DNA of 62,729 nt, counting the filler, from Callorhinchus milii (taxonomy: Eukaryota), in the NCBI RefSeq assembly GCF_018977255.1. It is 4 parts of 4 records of this genome, joined end to end, with 100 filler letters (N's around TTAATTAATTAA, not from the genome) between each part and the next. Parts side by side here need not be neighbours in the genome. Positions count along the whole stretch, not along the records: positions 19,466 to 41,929 come from NW_024705832.1; positions 42,030 to 57,960 come from NW_024706061.1; 2 more parts are not named here. One strand, given 5' to 3'. The position numbers were made by a program, and so were the translations under genes. Shown here one piece after another: positions 39,463 to 49,054 of this stretch. Position 1 is the stretch's first letter. Every line of letters begins with the position of its first letter. Below the pieces are notes generated by a model. The model did no database searches. It had not been told where the DNA came from and was given only the letters and a program-made list of their open reading frames with translations.

Positions 39463-39596
39463 CTTAAATAGAGTGACCGTGGCACTGTAGAAAATACTCA
39501 GGAAGAAGAGGATGATGAAGGTGGAAGCTGTCGGCCAGAGGTTGTCATGTTCATCTTGTTGAAAACCTTCCAGCATCGTCTCGGTTGGGATCACCT
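39463..39596 (-). CDS. IGHM: IgM TM1 exon, cluster D, intact; upstream C exons lie in or beyond the gap at 41930
   Basis: [45 protein letters not shown]|gt, a canonical antigen-receptor TM motif. 41880-41929 matches sequence ~210 bp after the Cmu4 stop of cluster B. Confidence 0.88.
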
Positions 39597-40039
39597 CTGT
39601 GAGGATGAAAATGAAGAAATATATTCAGAGGGGATTGAAACCTGAGACTTTTCTTTTCTCTTTTGATTATTAATGTATATAAAGTTTCCCAGTTGATCGT
39701 GGGCTCCCTCCCTCTACTGAACTACACAGAACCTCCTGCCAAACCTTCAAAACTTTTAATTTTCAGAGAGATGTAAAAGTAATTGATTTTATTGTTTGTT
39801 TATTTCTTCCCAAAAATATTGAATCCAGAGAAGAATTTTGGAAACACATCGAGAAAATTAAAGTTGTGTAATTATAAAAAGTGGAATTCCTCCCATTGAG
39901 AGTCTTCTGGTAGAAAATGGCCAAATCTACTCCAATGCTCCAATTCCACCTTTCTGCTATTCTTTTCCATGTTCACACTGTGACTATTCAAAAAAAATTC
40001 AAATTCCTTTACATTACGGTATTGTGATCAACAATCCTA

Positions 40040-40370
40040 TATTCTAAAAGATCTGCTGTGCGCAGTTGGATGCCGCATTAAGTCCACAAAATACACAATT
40101 AATTCACTTAAAGTACATTCTGTGAAGCGCTTCGAGGCATCTCGGAGATAATAATAATAATAATAATTATTGCATTTGATATAGCGCTTTTCACGTCGGG
40201 AGGATGTCCCAAAGCGCTTCACAGAACACACTGTAAAGTGAATTGACTGTATATTTGTGGGCGAACCCGGCAGCTAATTGCGCACAGCAATGTCCCACAA
40301 ACAGTCGTAGATTGAAAATGACCAATTTATTATTGTTTTTTGTTTTGGAGGGATTATTATTAGGCGTGTG
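40040..40370 (-). mobile_element. SINE with an extra tandem 3' piece
   Basis: Reverse-complement core/tail seen twice. Confidence 0.7.
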
Positions 40371-41929
40371 ATGTAATAAGCTGCGATATCAAATGGAAGG
40401 ATTACTGGCAGTAGAAGTACTGTGTATCTCTAAATAAATACTGTGTATCTCTAAATAAATCTGCCTTTATATTTTTCAGTGACATTCTTGGGTGTTTTAT
40501 ACTGTTGTATGGATACAATTGTCTTTCACTAATTCAGTCTTTCAAAATCTTCATACATTTGAAAACGTGTATTTAGAGACTTCCCTTTTTTTTCCTTTCG
40601 CTTTTTATGAGAACAGCCACAGTGTTTGAAGCTAATCCTCATCACTGTAACGCCAATCACAGAGATCATCCGTGTGATCTTTGTGAAACTTCCCTAAACC
40701 CACTCAGTGGCTCTTATGTCCTTTGTATAACAGTGTCCAGAACTGCGCGCAGTGCCCCACCCACAATCCTGCGAACTTTATATAGAATTGGCAATCAATT
40801 TCTGCTCTGAAAAACACTGAATCCATTTTTATGGTCTTTTGATATTGAATCCCATCGATTTATACTCCAAGTTTTCTTCATTCCACTTATATTAGAATTA
40901 TTTTTCTGTAATACGTTTAGTGATTATTTTTCCTGAATATACTTTCAAAAAACTGCTGTGTCAATATTGAACTTCATTTCCACCTTTCTGCCAACTCAGC
41001 CGAACGCTCTGTAACTTTATGCCATTCCCCATGTTATTCCTGACTGTGTCCTTTACCATATTATGTCATCATCAATATTTTTATCAATGGCACTGTGCCT
41101 ATTTCAAAATGGTTAATATTGCTGTAAAGCAATAGAGGAACCGACACAAACGTCAGGTTACATCAGCTGAAGGGATTGATAACCACCTTTGCTGCATGTG
41201 GCCATGTGAGACTGATTGGGGAAGGGATCAGACACTGACACTCACTGTCAAGGTGATGTTTCCTATCTTAGAGAACAAAAACAGGTATCATATTCTCAAA
41301 AACCTGCAGATTCACCTCAAGGAAAATGGTGACATTGAGATGTATTTGTTACAGCAATGCATAAAAGGGGAGAAGCCAGTTTCCTGACAGTGTGGGTGTC
41401 CTACTTGGTGAAGTGTCACAGCAATGCAGTTTTGTGTGAGTGTACGTGAGTGCGCATGGACCGGGTGGATGTGTGTGTGTGTGAGTGTGTGCTCCTGGGT
41501 GGGCCGAGATGGATGTGGGTGTTTGTCAATGTGTATCGGTCTGGGTGGGTATGAGTGTGTGTGAGTTGATTGTGGTTCTGTGTTGTGTGAGTGTGTGTCA
41601 GTGTGTGTGGGCCTGTGTTGTGTGAGTGTGTGTCAGTGTGTGTGGGCCTGGGTCGGTCTGGTTGTGTGTGGGGGCCTCAGTGGATGAGATTGTATGTGTG
41701 TCTATGTGGGCGTGGGTGGATGTGAGTGTGTGTGAGTGTGTGTGGATGTGAATGTGAATGAGTGTTTGTTTTTCAACCAACGAGAATGGCTCAGTGGGTG
41801 TATTTGTGAACATGTTGCTGTACCGCGATCTGTGTCTGTCCTTCAGCAGTATTTAGTTTAACAAAAACAAGTGGAAATCCATCCCTATGCTTAAGAATAT
41901 CCAAACCAAACTGACTGTTCTACTAACTT

Positions 41930-42029
41930 NNNNNNNNNNNNNNNNNNNNNNNNNNNNNNNNNNNNNNNNNNNNTTAATTAATTAANNNNNNNNNNNNNNN
42001 NNNNNNNNNNNNNNNNNNNNNNNNNNNNN
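41930..42029. other. Assembly gap with artificial linker
   Basis: N44-TTAATTAATTAA-N44. Confidence 0.95.
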
Positions 42030-42309
42030 CAGCCGCCGTATCTAACCGGGAAAACCGGCCAGGCCCTGAGACTGACCTGTGAATCCAGCGGGTTTAATCT
42101 CAGCATAGCACACATGTCCTGGTACCGGCAGCTTCCCGGGAAGCAGCAGGAAAATCTGCTCCAGTATGAAGGCTCATCCATCAAGTCATTCGGGTCCGGG
42201 TTTGAAAACCGTGTCATTGTCATCAGAGAAGATTCCCAAAGCATCTTCGATCTGATCATCAAATGCCCGACAGTGCACGACACCTCCACCTATTACTGTG
42301 AAATTAAGA
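42030..42309 (+). CDS. IGHV: Atypical VH exon (cluster E); 5' end and leader lost in the gap
   Basis: QPPYLTGKTGQALRLTCESSGFNLSIAHMSWYRQLPGKQQENLLQYEGSSIKSFGSGFENRVIVIREDSQSIFDLIIKCPTVHDTSTYYCEIK, open frame, canonical Cys/Trp/Cys present. Confidence 0.9.
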
Positions 42310-42348
42310 CACAGTGAGAGGAAACGGGGCTGAACTCCTACAAATACA
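42310..42348 (+). other. 23-RSS of VH-E
   Basis: CACAGTG + 23 + ACAAATACA, identical over 39 bp to 19873-19911. Confidence 0.9.
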
Positions 42349-42758
42349 CAAGGGCAGGAAAGGCAGCCCCTCCCACCCTAAACTGACTGAGGGCAAACAT
42401 GGTGTCAATGCTGTTTTGGGCCAAAATTTAAAGGAAAAGCTGAAGTTGCATTTACTATCAGACTGAACCCACACATTGAATCGGTGTTGATTGGGGCGCA
42501 AGACCTGGTTATCTGTGCTGTAATATTCTGTGATTTCAGACGGTCAGTGACACTGTGCTGTTGAGGCGGGAAGAACTGCGATTGGAGACTGATTACATGA
42601 CGGTTTAAAAACATCACCAAGTCACAAGCTGTTGGAAATAATTACATTCTGTTTCTGTGGATGTGAGGAAACTATGAGACAGATTCTGCGTCACGTCAGA
42701 GGAGAATAGTCACTTTCAGTGAATTTCGGCAGCCGATATTGTGCAGATATTGGGGATC

Positions 42759-42835
42759 AGTATTTGTATTGGGCTGTATCACTGTGTAAAGACAAGACAC
42801 AATGCTGCATTCAACCACCTCCTCATACAAAAACT
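42759..42835 (+). other. Diversity segment D1 (42787-42797, taaagacaaga), 12-RSS 5' and 22-RSS 3'
   Basis: agtatttgt-12-cactgtg | D | cacaatg-22-acaaaaact; the 12/22 D1 pattern matches shark IgM clusters. Confidence 0.88.
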
Positions 42836-43147
42836 CCTGCCACAGAGACTGCTGACTCCATTCATCATACAACATCCACAGCACCGATGTAAACGGCCCT
42901 GAAAATGGATAATTCTCAGAAATAACCTGCTGTTTAACAGACAAATTCCGGTTAATTTTGATTACAGGATGTTACTCAACGAGATTTACGTCTGTGGATC
43001 TGCTCGGACATTAAACGAAATTCTCTGGAAAACATAAGAATTTATTCTGACCGAAACATCTCAGGAGCCATCAAAGTATTCTCTGAACTGAGGTCCAGCA
43101 GTTGCCAGAAATTCAGGTTCAATATATGTTAGTTCATCCTGTGCAGG

Positions 43148-43213
43148 AGTTTTTGTCATGTTGTGTATCACTGTGACAAACGCCGCACGGCATTAACAGT
43201 CAATACAAAAACC
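43148..43213 (+). other. Diversity segment D2 (43176-43185, acaaacgccg), 12/12 RSS
   Basis: agtttttgt-12-cactgtg | D | cacggca-12-acaaaaacc. Confidence 0.88.
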
Positions 43214-43548
43214 CCTCAACACCAAACCAGCTAATCTCTTTCACTGCTCGCTTGTGTGGGTCCCACTGAATATTTGAGGAATTGGCATTTATAAAATGGT
43301 GTCTATTGTTGAGGATTTTATTACGATAATAGACACAACTCATTATATTTGTTCTTCAATCTGTTCTTGGCAAGAAAATGTGTTTGAGGTGAGCACTGCG
43401 AACTGGCAGAAAAGCAAATCATTCAACAGGTAAACACAGAGACAAGCAATTGTTTTCAGAACATTACAGAATTATATTGTGCGCTTCATTTGGTTTGGGG
43501 AAGCCAACATTTACTAATATTGTATTTGTGTGCCTTGCCCGCACCGTG

Positions 43549-43625
43549 GGTTGTTGCAGTGGGCAGCACACTGACTGCAGCACAGTGACAAAAGTACCAC
43601 GGCATTAACTATCAATGCAAAAACC
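43549..43625 (+). other. Diversity segment D3 (43588-43597, acaaaagtac), 23-RSS 5' and 12-RSS 3'
   Basis: ggttgttgc-23-cacagtg | D | cacggca-12-gcaaaaacc; 5' RSS nearly identical to the J RSS, 3' RSS nearly identical to that of D2. Confidence 0.8.
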
Positions 43626-44001
43626 CTCCAACCCCAAACCAGCTACTCTCTCGCTCTGTTCGCTTTTGTGTGTCCCACTGAATATGCGGAGCATTGGTGT
43701 TCGTAAAATGGTGCCGACCGCTGAGCAAATTGCCCGATTTAATAGATATAAAATATTACATTTCACCTTCAATCTGTTGGTGACAATAAAACGTGTTTGA
43801 CATGAACACTGCAAACTGGCAAAGATACAAACACTTAACAGGTAAACACGGAGCCAAGCGATTGTTTTCAGAACATTACAGAAATATATTGGGTATTGTA
43901 TTTGGTTTGGGAGAGCCAATATTTACAGTAATGTTGTGTTTGTGTGTCCTGCCCGCACAGCAGGTTGTTGCAGTGGGCAGCACACTGACTGTAGCACAGT
44001 G

Positions 44002-44040
44002 ACTACAAGGGTCAAGGCACCGTGTTGACTGTGACGGATG
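44002..44040 (+). CDS. IGHJ: JH segment (YKGQGTVLTVTD), 23-RSS at 43963-44001
   Basis: ggttgttgc-23-cacagtg, GQG-T-x-L-T-V-T motif, phase-1 donor g|gtaaga; Trp of WGxG replaced by Lys (aag 44007-44009). Confidence 0.88.
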
Positions 44041-46220
44041 GTAAGAAGCTGATCCTATCTCACTCACTTGTCTGAATTGTCTCTGTGTATATTTGTTTTG
44101 TTCACTTTAACACCTTTTTAATGTAATGATCTCTGCATGGACGGGCTACCTCACCCTTTGATACACGCTAAAGATTTTTAGCTGTCATTGCTTTCCACAC
44201 AACTCTTCTTTATGTATTATTCTCTAAATGTTTAGTTTATTGTTTGTGATATTTTTAGTGATTTGTGAATATCCAGCTGAAATTATAGTGATGGACATTC
44301 TGCAATGTTTGTTCGCGGTGACTGGCGACTGCTGTTTTTCGGGGATAATGTCGCCGGCAATTGTATAAAAGTGTTTCAAACTATGCCCAAATTTTGGAAA
44401 TCAGGACCCGAATGTCGCAGGATGAGTGACGGTAAGGTTATCTAATCGATTCCCACATGTATTTCAATCCGTTGTTTAATATAAGGAGCGTGGCTGAGGG
44501 TTAAAGATGTTCATCTGGGAGGAGGTGAGTGTGAGAGTAAAGCGGGTTGACACTGCTGGGATGTGACTGACAATGCCTCAACTCAAATCTGCACGAATGT
44601 TACAGAAATATTAGTGAATATTTTTATTTTAAGTAATAATACCATGAACGTGTTGCTCACAGTTTCTTTTCCTCAGCTGCCCATGCACCAGCCACGATAA
44701 TATGCAGCTCCTCTTTGATCTCATGCTTCATTTTAATTGATATTGCCAGCGGTTGGTTTAAACTGACTTCGATTCCTCACAGTGTACAGAGGTCGGTGTT
44801 GATCTACAATCATCAGCTTCCTGCTTTACACTAACTATCTTGCAGAAAAAACACAGATTTATTCATCAAACATATGTTCAAGTTTCAAGAGCAGACTGCA
44901 TTGTGAGGGATCCAGTTATTAATGACATGTATAACAAAAATCGAAACTGGTCACTGACATCAAACTAATGATATCATAGTTGATCATCACAAACTTCAGA
45001 CTTGGCAAAGATGAGGGTGAAAGGAAGACATTTCTCATTTTACTGTAATCACATGCTTTAGTTATTCTGTGTAACTGTTCATCTGCAAATATGAGTTTCC
45101 TGTTTTACATGAACTGATCAGCAGAAAAATTGCTAAAATTGTTGTTTTTCAGTAAACAAATGGTAAACTCTGAATAAGACGCTGCAATGAATCAGATACA
45201 TTTGTTTATGAGATGATTAACACACAGCGGTATTGATCACTGACATGAAGCTAATGATACCAGAACTGACCAGCTAAACTCCAGACTCAGCAGAGATGAT
45301 GGTGAAAGGAATTAGTTTCTGATTCGACTGTAAATACATGATTTGGTTATTCTGTGTAACTGTTTGAGCTGCAGGGAATTGTGACCGTGAGTTACTTTGC
45401 ACAATGTACAATGCATCGTGTGTGATGTGGATGGAGAGTGTGTGAGCTGCTGTGCGGTTACTGACAGCTTCAGGCTGAGGGAAAGTGAACATGGAGTAAC
45501 CTGTGGGTTACTGGATGGAAACACTGTGTGTTTGAGATGTGAGGGTTCAGGCTGTGACTGTGTGTGAGAACGGCGTTGAACAGTGTAATAGCAAACGGCT
45601 GAACCCGGACATCTCACTGTGGGGAGAGCGGTTGGGAGCTCGGTTCATGCTTAACCCTCAGATCGAGTAGTAGGAAAGAGCAAAGTGAAGGTTTGTTTTA
45701 TAAATATCTTCCCAGAGGCCGAGACATGCAAAGATGCTTTGTTTGTGAGGAGTCCGAGTTTTGGTAATGTGCAAAATCCCGCAGATTTGTAAATATTTGT
45801 TAAATTCAGATTGATTTCTAAAAAGAGGTTTCCCGAATTCTTAAGTAGAACTGGAATCCAAATTTAAAGTAAGTTTTACATTATTAGAAACTTCCGCGCC
45901 ATCTTAAAGTAAAGACATAATGATCTCCAAGTGTTTATTATCAGTTGAGGATTCGGATCTCAGAAGTGAATAATGTCTCTATTTGTATAATCAGTTAATT
46001 TTATTTATTGATAGCTTACAACTCGGTGACAGCAGGGGCTGGAAACAGACCCACAGACACCAGCACTGCTTGTTTTATATATTTATATCACCTGCCTCTG
46101 TCTGTCAGCCTGTGTGGCATGAATGCAGCGTGACCACAGGACATTTAACTGTCACCACATGAATCTAACACAATTCAGGGTAATACAGACTGTGAAGCAA
46201 AGCAGAATGTTATCCATTCT

Positions 46221-46605
46221 GTGGAGTCCTGCAGCTCCGGGTTCAGAGCACTCGCCTCGCAAGAGAGACAACCTGTGTTTGATTCCCGGGTAGTGTGAAA
46301 TGTCAGGAAGGTCTCCTTACTCCACACTTACAACAACAATTCGGTTTGCCTTACAGTAAGTAGCAACAAACCTGTTAGTCAATCAACAGATTGCTTCCCC
46401 GGAGGTATTAGTCTCTTCAATATATTAAAAATAAATGTGTCACTGAATGCACGACTGTTTGCGGAAAACTGCTGTACGCATTCGGATGCCGCATTTCGCC
46501 CACAAAAATACAGTGAATTCAATTTAGAGTGTATTCTTTGAAGCACTTTGAGACGTCTCGAAGACGTGATATGTCGCTATACCAAATGCAAGGAATATTC
46601 TATTT
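46221..46605 (+). mobile_element. Degraded full-length SINE in the J-C intron (second SINE 3' piece at ~46880-47010)
   Basis: Head gtggagtcctgcagctcc, core and tail. Confidence 0.75.
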
Positions 46606-47860
46606 ATTGTTTCAAATGTGAATGTAATATTGCTTTGCCCGATAGGCATGCAGCGTCACTGACATCAAACGCCGGACAGCGGCTTCTGCCTTTATTTCAC
46701 CATTTCACAGCTGATTGCGACAAAAATAACCATAGATATGTTGGGTATTTCCGTGTCCTGGGCACAACACTGATTGCAGTCCTTCATTCCTCATGTAAAC
46801 ACTGAACCTAACCATTTTAATCGTTCTCTAGTTTTGTAGATTACAAAATTAAGAGGGATCAAAATTCTTCAACAGTCAATCAAATATTTTTCGCACAGAC
46901 AATATACACTGATTTCACTTCACATTGTTTTCTGTGAAGCGCATTGAAATATCTCAAAGACTTGATAAGACGCTATTTCCAATGCAAGTGATATTATTCT
47001 TATCAATATTTAATGTACTATTTTAACAACACACATCGGCTGTCTGGTGGCCATTGACTGTGTCGATTCTGTCATCAATCTGAGCAGAGTAACTTGTTTT
47101 AATACATATCAGAGCCACAAAGAAATATGTTTGAAATCTTCTGACGATTGCATCAAAATTTAAGATTACCCAAATGTCTTAGTAACCTTGAAACAAAAAT
47201 ATTTTAGGAAATGAAACAGACGATTAGGAAATTGATGCAACAGTTTAGTTTCAGCGGCTTTTCTAAAAACTGCATACATACATACATACATACATACACA
47301 CATGAACACACACACATACAAACAGAGAACCTGCTTGGCCTGACAATGCTACCTTCATTTGTGTAGTGCCCCTTTTTGGTGTTTCAATGAAAGCAATACA
47401 CATGCGAGCTTTGACCCCAAGTTTATTGAACTGAGCAACATGAAGAAATCGGGCCGCAATCTACAGCCTTTTATCCGCAGAGCTATACCACACACTTCCT
47501 CAACAATTACTTCCACTTTGTTTCCTGGACACAAAGAGTGAATTTGGGTTAATCCGAGAAGGTATACAGTTAAACGCACAGTTACAAGTCATCCAATACA
47601 CGTGTTTATTCCTGAGTGGTATTCAGTCAGATGGAATTGAAACTCAACAGGTGCAATATCACGCAGTCCTTCAGGAAGTCTTGTTCAGTATTCCAGTAAA
47701 TTATTCCAACACCAAATGATGAGCATATTCGGAATCAGCAATCTGTGTTCAGCTCACCCACAATGTGAGAATATTCATGGACAGTATTGTTTAACTGACC
47801 GAATATGAAATCCTGGATATTGGTTGTTAATCCAGTTTCATGTATGTTTTCCTTTTCTAG

Positions 47861-48172
47861 AATGTGAGCAACCCACTGGGGGTGTGAAGGTCTCTTTCCT
47901 GCCACCCTCGCAGCAACAGGTTTTAATGGAGTCCACTGTAACGCTGACATGTGTCGTGGCCAATGCACCACTTGACGTCAACGTGACTTGGACACAAGGA
48001 AAGACACATTTACAGTCTGGATATGGGAAACCGTCTGCCACTGAGCCTCAGGAAGTGATCAGTAAATTAAACGTTTCTACACAGGACTGGAAGAGTGGGA
48101 AAGAATTCTTCTGCCTTGCCAATCATGAAGATATTCCAACTCCCATCGGAGAAAAGACATTTAAGAGGAAAG
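47861..48172 (+). CDS. IGHM: IgM Cmu3 exon (cluster E), intact
   Basis: ttttctag acceptor, ECEQPTGG...VTLTCVV...W...FCLANH...KRK, g|gtgagt donor, 312 bp. Confidence 0.88.
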
Positions 48173-48662
48173 GTGAGTAGCCATATTTCAGGAAATAAAT
48201 GATTTATTTGTTTATTGTAATTTCAGATTTCAGTCAACAGAAACAACTGGGAATACAATGATCAGCTCTCTGTTTGCTTCTTTTTCTGTTTGTCTTTCGA
48301 TAGATTTATAACCTCTCACAAAGGTCGGACAACAATTTATAGATAAAACTTGTTAAGTACATTCACTCACATGAATTATATCAACAAGAATCTAACCATC
48401 ATCTGGAGGATGTTTACACATGTTCTCAGGGAGCAGAGTTACCATATCTGAACCGCTGGTCACTGGGTGCATATAATAAAGTCCTGTCGGGGATTTCAAC
48501 CCACACCAATGTTCCTAGTCACACAAACAATTACAAACCACTGAGCACAGATTGAACAGAGACACAAACATTATTCTCAGCTTGTTCTGCAAGATCTGAT
48601 GCTTCAAAATATTCTATGATTGACACCATCATTGTATTGATCTGATTGCATTCTTCCCACAG

Positions 48663-49054
48663 TTATGTACACAAAACAACCTTCAGTGTATCTGCTCCTC
48701 CCCTCGGCAGAAGAAATGGCTGCTCAGCAGTTTGTCACCTTGACCTGCCTGGTGAAGGACTTCGCTCCCAAAGAGATCTTTGTGCAGTGGACTGTGAATG
48801 ACCAGTTGATTGATGCCAACAAGTACAGAAACACCGAGGTGATGGCAGACAGTGAAGATCTCAACTACTCCATGTACAGCATGTTAACCCTCTCAGTCGA
48901 TGAGTGGAACAGAAGACCCTCATACTCATGTGTGGTGGGCCACGAAACGTTCCCACTGAAGACCCTGACCAGAACCGTAAATAAATCCAGCGGTAAACCG
49001 AGTTTTGTAAACCTTGCACTTGTCCTGATGGACACCGTGAATCCGTGTCACTGA
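48663..49054 (+). CDS. IGHM: IgM Cmu4 plus secretory tail (cluster E), intact; membrane donor G|GTAAAC at 48993
   Basis: QPSVYLLLPSAEE...YSCVVGHE...SSGKPSFVNLALVLMDTVNPCH*; AATAAA at 49137-49142. Confidence 0.92.

Noticed and set aside
47320-47455. ATFICVV peptide as a Cmu2 remnant
   Set aside because: No acceptor, no conserved Trp or second Cys, early stop; the adjoining downstream sequence aligns with intron in cluster B.
44041-47860. Tetrapod-like switch region in the J-C intron
   Set aside because: No tandem AGCT- or G-rich array visible.
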